A stretch of DNA of 64,000 bases from Acidobacteriota bacterium (GTDB lineage: Bacteria > Acidobacteriota > CAIWXX01). The position numbers and the translations under genes were made by a program. The stretch lies in contig JBFMAF010000038.1 of the NCBI GenBank assembly GCA_040755995.1, forward strand, positions 1,593 to 65,592. Reading direction: 5' to 3'. Shown here piece after piece: positions 8,912-18,549 of the stretch. The notes below the pieces were generated by a model. It was not told the DNA's origin. It saw nothing but the letters and a program-made list of their open reading frames with translations, and did no database searches. The stretch's first letter is position 1, and each line of letters opens with the position of its first letter.

Positions 8912-10636
8912 GTGAGACGGAGACACGATCCCTCGTACCACGGTCTGCATCTAACATCCCGCGCGCTGCTCGGGGTGTGCATTGTGTTCGGGCTTTCGGT
9001 GGCGCCGCCACCCCATGCGAGAGGTGATCCACCGACACGACTCACTGCGGACCGCGACCTGTCCAGTCTAGACAAGGGCGTTCCGATTGAGGAGCAGGCG
9101 CCCGGCTCAGCCTCCGTTGTGGACGGCGAGCTCGTCTGGAAAACCGTCTTCGGCGGATCCGGCCACGGAAGTGCCGCCGCGATAGCGATCGACACTGCCC
9201 AGAACTCCATCGTGGTCGGCCAAAGCGAAGCCGGCTGGGGCTCGCCCGTCAGGCCGTACGTAGGAGACTGGGATGCATTCGTGGTGAAATTCGATGCCAA
9301 CGGGACTCTCGTCTGGAACACGTTCCTCGGTCACGTCATGATGGATACTGGGGAGGGAGTCGCAGTCGATCACGAGGGGAGTATCTATGTGGTGGGTTCG
9401 AGCCATGTCGGCTGGGGCTCTCCGGTCAGGCCCTTCACAGCAACAGACGCCCATTTTGAAGACGCGTTTGTTGCGAAGCTGGACGCCGACGGAAATCTCG
9501 TTTGGAACACCTTCCTAGGCGGTTACGAAAGAGATTATGGCCTGGGGATCGATGTGGACCTCTCGGGGCACGCGTGCGTGGTGGGCTGCAGCTACGGCGC
9601 TTGGGGCTCACCCGTCAGGCCGTTTGCGGTGGGGGCCGATGGATTCGTGGCGAGGCTCGAGGCAAACGGGGCACTGGCCTGGAGCACGTTCCTCGGGGGT
9701 CCGGGTCATACAGAGACTACTGGGATCGGACTGGATTTGGGCGGAGCAGCATACGTGGGAGGGTGGTCAGACTACACCTGGGGCGTGCCAGTCAGGCCAT
9801 TTGCGGACTCGTTCGATGCCTTCGCTGCGAAACTGGATGCCAGCGGGGCCCTCATCTGGAACACGTTTCTAGGTGGCACCAACATGGACACAGCGCGCGG
9901 GATCGCGGTGGGCAGCGGTGGAAATGCATATCTGCTGGGATCCAGCTTGTCTGGCTGGGGGACACCGGTGAGACCCTTCACACCGAATGACCCGAGCTGT
10001 ATGGGCTACCTGGATGCGTTCGCGGCGAAGCTGGATGCAGGTGGGGAGCTTGTGTGGAACACCTTCCTCGGCGGTGGTTGCGAAGATGGCGGGGACGGGA
10101 TCACACTCGACACCAGCCAGAACGCCTACGTTGCGGGCGTTTCCAGCAGCGGCTGGGGCTCGCCCATCAAGCCGTTCGGGGGGGATTACGACGGGTTTGT
10201 TGCGAAAGTGGATGCAGGTGGTGCGCTCGTCTGGAACACGTTCCTGGGCGGCACTTCTCACGACACCGCAAACGGCGTCGGCTCCGACGGCACCGGGGTC
10301 CTCTATGTGACCGGCAACTGTCCTGGCGACTGGGGGGGCCCCGGGGGTGAGATGTATCTCGCCAAGCTCGCGCATGCCCCCCCTGGCCCCACTATCACAC
10401 AGATCAAGTCGAAGAAGGCCGCCAAGGGCAGTCCCGCAACGCTTGTCGGCACGGGCTTCTCCACGACCAAAGCCGACAACGTCGTCTACTTCGGCAAGAA
10501 GAAGGCCGAGGTCAAGACCGCCAGGACGACGAGACTCAAGGTGAAGATCCCGAAGAACTGCAAGAAGGGAAAGAACAACGTGTACGCGGTCGTCAATGGC
10601 GTCAAGAGCAACGTCGTCACGTTCACGGTGAAGTAG
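8912..10636 (+). CDS. Third secreted SBBP-repeat / IPT-TIG paralog. GTG start at 8912 is preferred over the upstream ORF start at 8795.
   Basis: RBS GGGAGGAG 6 nt upstream of GTG. Hydrophobic N-terminus, SBBP repeats, and a C-terminal IPT-like domain that is about 85-90% identical at DNA level to the other two copies (10375-10633). Confidence 0.7.
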   Translation: MRRRHDPSYHGLHLTSRALLGVCIVFGLSVAPPPHARGDPPTRLTADRDLSSLDKGVPIEEQAPGSASVVDGELVWKTVFGGSGHGSAAAIAIDTAQNSIVVGQSEAGWGSPVRPYVGDWDAFVVKFDANGTLVWNTFLGHVMMDTGEGVAVDHEGSIYVVGSSHVGWGSPVRPFTATDAHFEDAFVAKLDADGNLVWNTFLGGYERDYGLGIDVDLSGHACVVGCSYGAWGSPVRPFAVGADGFVARLEANGALAWSTFLGGPGHTETTGIGLDLGGAAYVGGWSDYTWGVPVRPFADSFDAFAAKLDASGALIWNTFLGGTNMDTARGIAVGSGGNAYLLGSSLSGWGTPVRPFTPNDPSCMGYLDAFAAKLDAGGELVWNTFLGGGCEDGGDGITLDTSQNAYVAGVSSSGWGSPIKPFGGDYDGFVAKVDAGGALVWNTFLGGTSHDTANGVGSDGTGVLYVTGNCPGDWGGPGGEMYLAKLAHAPPGPTITQIKSKKAAKGSPATLVGTGFSTTKADNVVYFGKKKAEVKTARTTRLKVKIPKNCKKGKNNVYAVVNGVKSNVVTFTVK

Positions 10637-10679
10637 CTCGGCGCCTCAACTGAATCAACTCAACCAAAGGAGGTCGAGA

Positions 10680-11465
10680 ATGAACAAACGTGCAATCGTG
10701 GCACTCCTGTCGGTTCTCGCCGTGACGGCGTGCCTCTCGTATGCGCAGGAAGCCTCGGAATCGATCGAAGATGTCGCCACGGTTGGTCAGACCGGGTGGA
10801 GATGGTGCAGCAAGTGCGAGGGCATGCATTTCATCACCAACGGTCTTGGCCCGTGTCCCGCGGGCGGGACGCACGACGTGGCTGGCAGCAGCCTGTACAA
10901 GCTGATCAACAACGACTTCACCGCCGACGGGCAACATTGGTGGCGGTATTGCAAGAAGTGCAAAGGCCTTTTCTACGGGGGTCACGAAACCCAGGGCGTC
11001 TGCCCGGCCGGCGGCGCTCACGACAGCTCGTGGAGCGGGGACTACTGCGTCATTCACAACAGCACCGCAGCGCCGGGCCAGCAGAACTGGAGGTGGTGTT
11101 CCAGGTGCGAAGGCCTCTTCTACGGCGGCCATGCATCCCTGGGCACCTGCCCGGCCGGCGGGCAGCATTCGCTGTCGGGCAGTGGCAACTACACACTGCT
11201 CTTCGAGACTAAGGACGCAGTTGTTTGGGGAAGGGTGACAGACTCCAGTGCCGCGCCCGTTGCAAAGGCCAGCGTCAAGATCCAGGGGAAAGCCGGCACC
11301 AAGACGATGAAGAGCGCCACGGATGGGAGCTACGGGTTCGCCGGCTTGAAGCAGGGCAAGTACACGTTCACCGCCAGCAAGAAAAACGTTGGAGATGCGA
11401 AGCGAACCGCCAGGCTGCAGAGCGGCGACGCGAAGAGCGTCGCCCTGGTGCTGAAGAAGAAATAG
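10680..11465 (+). CDS. Secreted protein with three tandem roughly 55-aa Cys-rich modules (WRWCxKCEGLFYGG...G.CPAGG.H...GSG.Y) followed by a carboxypeptidase-regulatory-like (CarboxypepD_reg) beta-sandwich domain
   Basis: Signal peptide MNKRAIVALLSVLAVTACLSYA. Three clear repeats each containing C-x2-C...C...C. C-terminal 'GRVTDSSAAPVAKASVKIQG...GSYGFAGLKQGKYTF'. Confidence 0.65.
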   Translation: MNKRAIVALLSVLAVTACLSYAQEASESIEDVATVGQTGWRWCSKCEGMHFITNGLGPCPAGGTHDVAGSSLYKLINNDFTADGQHWWRYCKKCKGLFYGGHETQGVCPAGGAHDSSWSGDYCVIHNSTAAPGQQNWRWCSRCEGLFYGGHASLGTCPAGGQHSLSGSGNYTLLFETKDAVVWGRVTDSSAAPVAKASVKIQGKAGTKTMKSATDGSYGFAGLKQGKYTFTASKKNVGDAKRTARLQSGDAKSVALVLKKK

Positions 11466-11483
11466 CGCACTGCCCGGCGAAAC

Positions 11484-11501
11484 CCCGCCGCCGGCGGCGG
11501 G
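11484..11501. terminator. 18-nt perfect GC palindrome CCCGCCGCCGGCGGCGGG immediately after the 10680-11465 gene. Terminator-like hairpin without a U-tract.
   Basis: Read directly from the sequence. Confidence 0.3.
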
Positions 11502-11550
11502 AGTGTGAATGAGCATGTGAAACAATGAAACGCCATCGCAGGAGATTATC

Positions 11551-12543
11551 ATGAAACGAATATTGATCATCCATGCCCTTCTGCTCGGATACGTGGCCTC
11601 AGCGCACGCCGCCGAGTACTACTACGTGCCTCTGATCCGGCAAGAGGCAGATGGCACCTGGGATCTCTACTGGATGAAGCTGAATGAGAGCGGCAAGCGG
11701 GTGAAGGGACCCCGATTGATCCGGAACAGCGCAGGCATCGTGGGATCAGCGACGATCACGCCGGAAGGGAATAAGGTGTACTTCAGCGAATCCCCCGCCC
11801 CGTTGGTGGCTCAGCAGCTCTACTCGCTTGAAGTGAATCCCAAGAACGGCAAGGTCGCGAGCGCTCCGGTCGCACTGACGGGCGGATCGTATGTGTACTT
11901 GCACGGCGTGAGCCTCTCAAAAGACGGCAAGAAGCTTGTGTACGCCAGATGGGACTACGACTACACGCCCGCAGCCATCGATGACATCTTACTGCAGAGA
12001 TTCAAGAAGAACGGCTCTTTGTCGACAGTGACGAAAGCGATCGCGACAGTACCTGGTGTCAACGAATGGCTGCCGTTCATAACGGAGGACGGCAGGAGCG
12101 TCTACTATTGCCTGGAGGACGGCGGCAAGAACAGCATCATGCTGCAGCGGGTGAAGCGGCTCGGGGCTCCGGCCGGCCCGCCGATCCCGGTGATCCAGAT
12201 CCCGGGCGAAGACGTGCGCCAGCCGATGGTGGAGGCTGGAGGAACCTGGATGTCATATATCCGATACGCTGCCTGGGACGACAACAACCTCTACGTGACC
12301 CGACTTTCCGGCAACGGTCTCCCAACCGGAGCGCCGATCAAGATCACGTCGCTGGGTGCGGACCAGTGGCCCGCAGGCGGCCTGACGCGAAACTCGAAGC
12401 TGCTCGTCTACTCGGTCCTCAGTCCCGCGCCCACATGCCCGGTCTACTCTCAGAAGCTCGATGCCAACGGCCATCCGGCAGGTGCGCCGAAGCTTCTGAA
12501 CAGCTCGTCCTGCACGCAGTATCCCTGGGTTCTGCCGGACTAG
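11551..12543 (+). CDS. Secreted TolB-like/PD40-type beta-propeller protein (hypothetical)
   Basis: Signal peptide MKRILIIHALLLGYVASAHA. Repeated 'S.DGK.l.Y' propeller-like segments. RBS AGGAGA. Confidence 0.55.
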   Translation: MKRILIIHALLLGYVASAHAAEYYYVPLIRQEADGTWDLYWMKLNESGKRVKGPRLIRNSAGIVGSATITPEGNKVYFSESPAPLVAQQLYSLEVNPKNGKVASAPVALTGGSYVYLHGVSLSKDGKKLVYARWDYDYTPAAIDDILLQRFKKNGSLSTVTKAIATVPGVNEWLPFITEDGRSVYYCLEDGGKNSIMLQRVKRLGAPAGPPIPVIQIPGEDVRQPMVEAGGTWMSYIRYAAWDDNNLYVTRLSGNGLPTGAPIKITSLGADQWPAGGLTRNSKLLVYSVLSPAPTCPVYSQKLDANGHPAGAPKLLNSSSCTQYPWVLPD

Positions 12544-12648
12544 TCCTGCGGCCCGTGGGGCGAACTGCGACGAGCACGTTGGAATGAGCCCGGTGGATGG
12601 CCACCGGGGCGGAAGATGGGCTGAGTGTGACGACTCCGGGCGTGTGCT

Positions 12649-13116
12649 GTGCCGTGTGGGAGAAGGGGCATGAGACTCAGAGCAATGGTGTTCGTGTTAG
12701 TGGCCTTCCTGGGAGTTCCAATGCTCGCTTCCGGTGAACAGAATGCCGGCAAGAACCAGGTGTTCGTATGGGGTGGTGCATGCGACCTGTTCGACGAGAT
12801 GTCGACCGCAATCTATGGAGCCTCCTATGGTCGCTATCTGACGAGATGGCTGATGCTGGAGGCGGGAGTCGAAGGCTACAGCGGCGACGTCTCCGGCACG
12901 TGGTCAAGAATCAACGCGCTCTTTGAGATTCCGACCGGGAGTCGGTTGGCCGCCTATGCGATTGCGGGTACCTCCAGCTTCTATCCCGACCTTGGAGCAG
13001 GGGCGAAGATCAGATTCGCCTCGCGTGTGGGGATACGCCTCGAATACACGCGGGCCTATGACGATGACGAGGGCTGGTACGGCAACATTCGCGGCGGAGT
13101 CACCCTCAGCTTCTGA
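12649..13116 (+). CDS. Small outer-membrane beta-barrel protein (OmpW/OMP_b-brl-like)
   Basis: Signal peptide, alternating amphipathic strands, and a C-terminal ...GGVTLSF aromatic terminus. Confidence 0.6.
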   Translation: MPCGRRGMRLRAMVFVLVAFLGVPMLASGEQNAGKNQVFVWGGACDLFDEMSTAIYGASYGRYLTRWLMLEAGVEGYSGDVSGTWSRINALFEIPTGSRLAAYAIAGTSSFYPDLGAGAKIRFASRVGIRLEYTRAYDDDEGWYGNIRGGVTLSF

Positions 13117-13126
13117 GATCAGAGCG

Positions 13127-13608
13127 TCAAGATCCATCTCGGCATCCTTGACGGGGGGAGTCTCGCCACGAGTCGCCTTCTCCAGTATCTCTCCCATCGT
13201 CAGGCCCTCTGCGTACGGCGGCTGGCCCGTGAGTAGCTCTTGCAGGATGATGCCGAACGACTACATGTCGCTTGCGGCAGTGACCGCCTCGCCACGTGCC
13301 TGCTCGGGGCTCATATAGGTTGCCGTGCCCTTCAGCCCGCCCGCTCGGGTTCCATGCATGTCTGTCATCCGCAGCGACACCCCCCACGCTCCCCTGGCCT
13401 CCGGTGCACTCTTGACCGGAGTCGGCGGGAGGGAGAACTCGCCCGCCCGAACGAGGCCAAAGTCGGCGGTTTCATCCGGCCGGGCCGGCGCGCCAGAACC
13501 GCCCTCCCACTCTGTTCCTGCTGCCGCCATCGCCGATTCCCCAGATCTCACGCTGGTGCAGTGCGGCATCTGCCCGTGCGAGGAGTGTCTGTCGCATACT
13601 CGCGACAT
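13127..13608 (-). pseudogene. Fossil of a Ser/Thr protein kinase (activation-loop-to-C-lobe fragment) interrupted by an in-frame TAG at 13261-13263
   Basis: Minus-strand translation gives ...DFGLVRAG...[38 protein letters not shown]..., so a stop replaces the conserved Tyr of the DxYSxG motif. No HRD/VAIK region upstream. The 3' part overlaps the OMP gene on the other strand. Confidence 0.5.
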
Positions 13609-13773
13609 CCGTCGGCCGGTTCGTCGCGCCCGCGCGACCCCCGTGCTTGCGGCGATGTCTAGGGTCCGTCTCCAAGCGCTTGATCAGAAGCAGCCGCATT
13701 CGAATCGGGCAACCTGCTTCACGGCACCGTCTATGGGCACGCGACTTGCATCCCGAGAGACAGGAGGCAAGCT

Positions 13774-14325
13774 TTGAGCAAGGTTGCGGTCACGCAATGG
13801 CTGGGTCGAGTGGCTCCGGTATTCGACACCGCTCGCCAGGTTCTGGTGGTCAATGTGCAAGACGGCTCGGCGGGCTCGCGTCAGGAAGAGGAGTTGCCGG
13901 ATGGAGGGCCCAGCCGCCGGATCCAGGCGCTCTGCGTCCTCGGGATCGACACGCTGATCTGCGGCGCCATATCGAGGCCACTCGCCGGGATGCTCCGCTC
14001 GTGCGGCATCTCGATCATTCCATTCGTGGCCGGATCGGTCGAGGAGATCCTGAAGGCCTACATCTCCGGGAGACTTCCGTCGCCACGGTTCGCCATGCCG
14101 GGATGTGCACAGGGGATACGACTTGGCGGCCGTGGGCCGGGCGGCCAGTGCGTCTGCCCAAGATGCGGTCACCGGGAGCTGCATCGGAGGGGCAGGCCGT
14201 GCAGTGGAGAGGCCTGTCCGGCGTGTGGGTCACAAATGATCAGAGAGGGAGGCCCCTCTCGCGGGAAAGGAGGAGTACCATGGCAGGACCAGCCAGCGAA
14301 GGGTTCGCGGAATGGGCAAGAATGA
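13774..14325 (+). CDS. NifX/NifB-type dinitrogenase FeMo-cofactor-binding domain (PF02579-like) protein with a fused C-terminal Cys4 zinc ribbon (CVCPRCGHRE...CSGEACPACG). TTG start.
   Basis: 'VAVTQWLGRVAPVFDTAR..LVVNVQDG....ICGAISRPL..GISIIPFVAGSVEEILKAY' matches the NifX/NafY fold signature. Zn ribbon homologous to the separate small protein at 18301-18519. RBS GACAGGAGG. Confidence 0.7.
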   Translation: MSKVAVTQWLGRVAPVFDTARQVLVVNVQDGSAGSRQEEELPDGGPSRRIQALCVLGIDTLICGAISRPLAGMLRSCGISIIPFVAGSVEEILKAYISGRLPSPRFAMPGCAQGIRLGGRGPGGQCVCPRCGHRELHRRGRPCSGEACPACGSQMIREGGPSRGKGGVPWQDQPAKGSRNGQE

Positions 14326-14621
14326 GCGGCCGTGGAGCCGGCTACTGCGGAGGAGCCGGCGCCGGAGGTTCTGCTGGGCGGGGCTCGCGCGTGCGGCACA
14401 CCCCAGGGCACGGCTGGCGCCACGTCTTCCGGACATCCTGGATTCCGGGATGGATGCGGTTCGGGCAGGAGTGGGAACCACTCTCGCCGGCCGGCCGCAC
14501 CGAGCTCACCCATGAGTCGGAGAAGGAGTACCTGCAGCAGGAGATCAGCGCACTCCAGGACCAGCTCGATATCGCCAAGAGACGCCTGGAAGAGCTCTCT
14601 GCTGCCGATCAGAAGAAGTGA
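14280..14621 (+). CDS. DUF5320-family protein (Gly/Arg-rich N-terminus 'MAGP...GRGAGYCGG', W-rich middle 'WRHVFRTSWIPGWMRFG', C-terminal coiled coil)
   Basis: RBS AAGGAGGAG. Paralog of 18550-18924. Lies in the C-terminal part of the longer track ORF 13647-14621, whose N-terminal part is considered spurious. Confidence 0.65.
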   Translation: MAGPASEGFAEWARMSGRGAGYCGGAGAGGSAGRGSRVRHTPGHGWRHVFRTSWIPGWMRFGQEWEPLSPAGRTELTHESEKEYLQQEISALQDQLDIAKRRLEELSAADQKK

Positions 14622-15041
14622 TGAAAGACTGAAGGCGAGGTGCCCGGGCATTCGCGAGTCCATAGGGGTGAGATGCGCCCGCGTCGAGCGGCACGTCCTC
14701 TCGCGAATGTCGATGCCTCACTGCGTCCGGTCTCCCACGAAGGGGGGCGCTGCGCGCAGGAGGCTCGGAGAACCCGAGCGGATCTCTTCATCGCGTCTCC
14801 CTGCCACGACGTATCACTGTCTACTACGATGGGGCGCCGCCACCCCGTCCGCTCCACCCCAACAAGTGGTCGGGGGACCGGGTCGATTGTCGACCCGCGC
14901 GGCGCATCTCGGGGAGGGCCGGTGAGCTGCGCTCCTCCGGTCTCACCGTCCCTCCCCATTCTTTTCGGGCCCTCGGAGCGGGCGTACCGGCTCGCACACC
15001 GCCCGTGCGACCGGCTATAATCGCCGCGAGGTGACGGAGGG

Positions 15042-15980
15042 GTGAGGTCGCGAATCGGAGTCGAAGCGGCGTTGGGCGCTCTCTGGTCAGTCTGGCTCGC
15101 CACCGCGGGATGTTGTGGTGGTGCGCCTCTCATCGTCGACACGGACATGGCCCTGGACGACGTACGGGCCATCGCCCTGCTCTCCAGTTCCAGGACCCTG
15201 GCCATCATTGCCGTCGTCACGTCTGACGGCTCGTCCGGCGCTCGAGCCGGATACGAGAGTGCAGTGAGGGTACTCCGGGCGCTGGGACTCGATCGTGTCC
15301 CGATCGGGATGGGCCCGTCGCTGGACGCGCCTCCACCCCCCTGGCGCGGGCTCTCCGAGGCGCTCGGATGGTCAGCCATCGTGTCATCGGGCCCCGGCAC
15401 ACAGCCTGCACAGCGCGAGCCGCCGGCGGACGCCGTCTCTGTGATTGCCGGCGCATTGCGCGACTCAGCCGCGCCCGTTGACTACGTCTGTCTGGGACCG
15501 TTGACCAACCTCGCACAGCTGATTCATGAGAAGCCGGAGCTGGCGACTCGAATCGCGAGAGTCCTGTATGTCGGATCGACGAGGCCCGATCCGACTCCGG
15601 GTTGGAACACGCTTCGCGACCCGTCCAGCACCGATCGGGTCTTCGGCGCCGACATCGCGATCTGCGCGTTCGACATGGATGATCCGGATGTGCTCAGATT
15701 CGATTCCGGCCTGTGGCAGGAGGTAGGGCACGTCGAATCAGCCGCAGCGCAGCTGATCTATGGCCTGCATCGCGACAGTCGCGTCCAGGCGCTGCTGAGG
15801 GAGCGGCACTTCCGAGCGTGGGATGAGACAGTCCCCCTCTACCTGCACGACCCTGCCATCGCGCATCCTGAACCGTTCCCTGGCCGGCCGCGGGGGATCA
15901 GGATCGGTGCCGTCGACGTCGATGCCGCACGAAACGCCTACTTGGCGATCCTGAAACAGCGTCGATCGGGACGGCCATGA
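15042..15980 (+). CDS. Inosine-uridine-preferring nucleoside hydrolase family protein
   Basis: N-terminal 'LIVDTDMALDDVRAIALL' (DxDxxxDD motif of IU_nuc_hydro). Confidence 0.7.
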   Translation: MRSRIGVEAALGALWSVWLATAGCCGGAPLIVDTDMALDDVRAIALLSSSRTLAIIAVVTSDGSSGARAGYESAVRVLRALGLDRVPIGMGPSLDAPPPPWRGLSEALGWSAIVSSGPGTQPAQREPPADAVSVIAGALRDSAAPVDYVCLGPLTNLAQLIHEKPELATRIARVLYVGSTRPDPTPGWNTLRDPSSTDRVFGADIAICAFDMDDPDVLRFDSGLWQEVGHVESAAAQLIYGLHRDSRVQALLRERHFRAWDETVPLYLHDPAIAHPEPFPGRPRGIRIGAVDVDAARNAYLAILKQRRSGRP

Positions 15981-16137
15981 TCGCCCGAAAGGCTTCGGCC
16001 GAGCCCGCATCGACCAGCACGTGCGACCACAACCGTGCGTCTGACCGGCTTTCCGCGCGTTCGCAGTGCGGCAGCCGGGGTTTCGTTTGAGCCGTTGCTT
16101 CGCACACGACCTGTGCCATTAAGCAAGGAGATACCAC

Positions 16138-17403
16138 ATGGAAGCGTCCAATCGACCTGAGTACTTGAGGAAGCACTTCTATCTGGATTGCGGATTCGCC
16201 ACGCGTGCCCTGCACGCCGGCGAGCACATCGGGCAACCGCATTTCACGAATCACACCAACGCCATCTTTCAAACATCGACATTCACATTCGAGACGGCAA
16301 AGGACGGTGCGGACCTGTTCGCCGCTCGGAAGGAGGGCTTCGTCTACACGCGCATGGGCAACCCGACGGTGCTCGTGCTCGAAGCGAAGCTCGCGGCCCT
16401 CGAAGGCTGCTCGTACAAGCTGGCGCACCCCGAGAAGACCGTGTCGTGCATCGCGTTTTCCTCGGGGATGGCCGCCATCTCCTCCACGATGATGGCCATG
16501 CTGCGCCCCGGCGACACCTTGATCGCCGGGCAGGTTCTCTATGGTGCCACGGAGGATTTCTTCCGGACCGTGCTGCAGCCGCTCGGGATACGCTGGGTGC
16601 CGATCGAGACATCGGACCTGGACCTTGTGGAGGCCGCGTTGCGCGAGCACGAGCGCGCACGTGCCGTCTACTTCGAGACGCCGACCAATCCCTTGATGGG
16701 GGTCACCGACATCCGGGCGCTATCGAATCTCGTGCGCAGCGTCAGGCCCGACTGCCACATTGTCGTGGACAACACGTTCGCTACGCCGTTCCTGCAGAGA
16801 CCGCTGGAGCTCGGCGCAGACGTGGTGCTGCATTCCACGACCAAGTACATCTGCGGGCACGGTACCGTGATCGGTGGAGCCGTCATCACGGTGGACGACC
16901 AGGTGCGCGCGCACCTCTACCACATGATGAAAGACTTCGGCGGCTGCCCGTCGCCGTTTGATGCGTGGCTCGTGAACACGGGCTTGAAGACACTGCCCCT
17001 GCGAATGCGCCAGCATTGCGCCAACGCCCAGGGCATCGCCGAGTTCCTCGAGCGGCACCCGAAGGTGGATCGCGTCTTCTACCCGGGGCTGCCCTCCTCG
17101 CCACAGCACGATCTCGCGAAGAGGCAAATGAGCGGGTTCGGGGGTATTCTGTCCTTTGAACTCAATGGCGGCTACGGGGCTGCCGAGAAGGTCATGAACG
17201 GCGTGCGGCTGTTCACGCTGGCCGTCTCCCTGGGCTGCGTCGATTCGCTGATCCAGCATCCGGCCTCCATGACCCACGCCATGATTCCGCGTGAAGAGCG
17301 AGAGCGCAGCGGCATCTCCGATGGGCTGCTTCGTCTCTCGGTCGGGGCCGAGGATCTGAACGACCTGCTGGGCGACCTCGAGAGCGCGCTCGGCGGCGCG
17401 TAG
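16138..17403 (+). CDS. PLP-dependent Cys/Met-metabolism enzyme, methionine gamma-lyase / O-acetylhomoserine sulfhydrylase family
   Basis: '...[16 protein letters not shown]...' and the PLP-lysine region '[16 protein letters not shown]'. 421 aa, RBS AAGGAGA. Confidence 0.85.
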   Translation: MEASNRPEYLRKHFYLDCGFATRALHAGEHIGQPHFTNHTNAIFQTSTFTFETAKDGADLFAARKEGFVYTRMGNPTVLVLEAKLAALEGCSYKLAHPEKTVSCIAFSSGMAAISSTMMAMLRPGDTLIAGQVLYGATEDFFRTVLQPLGIRWVPIETSDLDLVEAALREHERARAVYFETPTNPLMGVTDIRALSNLVRSVRPDCHIVVDNTFATPFLQRPLELGADVVLHSTTKYICGHGTVIGGAVITVDDQVRAHLYHMMKDFGGCPSPFDAWLVNTGLKTLPLRMRQHCANAQGIAEFLERHPKVDRVFYPGLPSSPQHDLAKRQMSGFGGILSFELNGGYGAAEKVMNGVRLFTLAVSLGCVDSLIQHPASMTHAMIPREERERSGISDGLLRLSVGAEDLNDLLGDLESALGGA

Positions 17404-17674
17404 CGAAGACCGGTCAACACCGGGCTCCCATTGATGGGGGAGGCGGCGCGGCATGGAAGGAGGTGACACGATGGCTCTGCGCTATCACCATACCTGATTC
17501 AGTGCGGGCGGAATGCACGGGATGCATTGGCTGTCCGGAGCTGCTGCGCCGTGCGTGCCACCTGCCGGCAGCGTCACCGCCTGTCTTCTCCGTTGTTGAT
17601 CGCCCTCCAGACGCCGCCGAACGAGGCCTCGACGTGCGCAGCCCAAACACCAACCGACAACGAAGGACTGTGGC

Positions 17675-18025
17675 ATGGCTGATCCCTCAAGCGTCGTCTT
17701 CGTCTTCAACTCCTACGGCATGGGCCATACCGAGAATGCCGATCTCAAGCTCGTCCTGGCCAAGAAGGCCCTGACGATTCTGGCGACCATGGAACCGCCG
17801 CCTCGGCGAATCTGCTTCTACGCAGACGGTGTCAAGCTCTGCGTGAGAGGTTCGCCCGTACTGGGCGAGCTCCACGCCCTGATGCGCCTCGGTGTCGAGC
17901 TATTGCTGTGCTCGACCTGCATCGAGGCGCTCGGCCTGAAGGATCACGTGGCCGTCGGGACAGTCGGCGGCATGGACCAGATGATCACGACCATGGTGAG
18001 CGGCAGTCACGTCGTCACACTGTGA
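17675..18025 (+). CDS. DsrE/DsrF(TusD)-like small sulfur-relay-fold protein (tentative)
   Basis: 116 aa. 'VVFVFNSYGMGH', '...LLLCSTCIEALGL...' with conserved Cys, similar to DsrE/DsrF-like proteins. First gene of the long + strand cluster. Confidence 0.45.
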   Translation: MADPSSVVFVFNSYGMGHTENADLKLVLAKKALTILATMEPPPRRICFYADGVKLCVRGSPVLGELHALMRLGVELLLCSTCIEALGLKDHVAVGTVGGMDQMITTMVSGSHVVTL

Positions 18026-18300
18026 CGGCGCGGCATGCAGTAGCGGAAACGCGACCCATCGAGTCGGCATCAGTAGCCTCAGGGCGACAGGGGTCGACCC
18101 TTGTTCGAAGGCCGAATGTCACTAGAACCAGGTTGATCAGACGACTAGCGGTCCTTGGAACCCAGCCCAAAGCCGCTGGCATCGGCTTTGCAAGAGAACG
18201 GGTGGGAGATGAAAGGCGGGCACAGTCGCATGTGTGAGATACGCGATCGTGGCATCAAACGCCGGCGGTGTGCCACGCCGATTCGACAGGAGGAACGATC

Positions 18301-18519
18301 ATGATTGGAAGAAGAGGAAGCAGAGAGGGTGGCCGCCGCGCGGGCGGGCAGGGCCGGGGCGGTCGGGGTCTCGGCCGGATGGGCGGAGCTTTCGCAGCCG
18401 GCCCAGGCGGCAACTGCGTCTGCCAGCAGTGCGGCCATCGCGAGTCACATCAACGCGGAGTGCCCTGCACCGGACGGATGTGTCCCAAGTGCGGCACAGC
18501 CATGACAAGAGAACCATGA
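18301..18519 (+). CDS. Small Gly/Arg-rich protein with a Cys4 zinc ribbon (CVCQQCGHRE...CTGRMCPKCG)
   Basis: RBS CAGGAGG. Zn ribbon homologous to the C-terminal fusion on the 13774-14325 protein. Confidence 0.5.
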   Translation: MIGRRGSREGGRRAGGQGRGGRGLGRMGGAFAAGPGGNCVCQQCGHRESHQRGVPCTGRMCPKCGTAMTREP

Positions 18520-18549
18520 CGACATAGCGATGACAAGGAGAACAACATC

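Noticed and set aside
10623-11570. 315-aa minus-strand ORF overlapping the Cys-repeat protein gene
   Set aside because: Antisense to a gene with signal peptide, RBS and repeat structure. No recognisable motifs.
12904-13197. 97-aa minus ORF overlapping the OMP gene
   Set aside because: Interpreted instead as the eroded 3' portion of the kinase fossil. The + strand OMP gene has the better gene-like features (signal peptide, beta-barrel terminus).
13647-14621. 324-aa + strand ORF spanning the NifX-like gene region
   Set aside because: Only its last 114 codons (from ATG 14280 with a strong RBS) make a recognisable DUF5320 protein. The upstream part overlaps the NifX-like ORF in another frame and is Arg/Gly-rich junk.
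15981-16137. Possible SAM riboswitch upstream of the methionine gamma-lyase gene
   Set aside because: The 157-nt leader has some stem potential (CCGGCT...GCCGG) but I could not find SAM-I/SAM-II consensus elements. Not supportable by eye.
17463-17674. Small ORF with CTGCIGCP...C (ferredoxin-like?) upstream of the DsrE-like gene
   Set aside because: Cys spacing C-x2-C-x2-C-P is not the canonical C-x2-C-x2-C-x3-C-P. No RBS or start context is convincing. The reading frame runs into the next gene.
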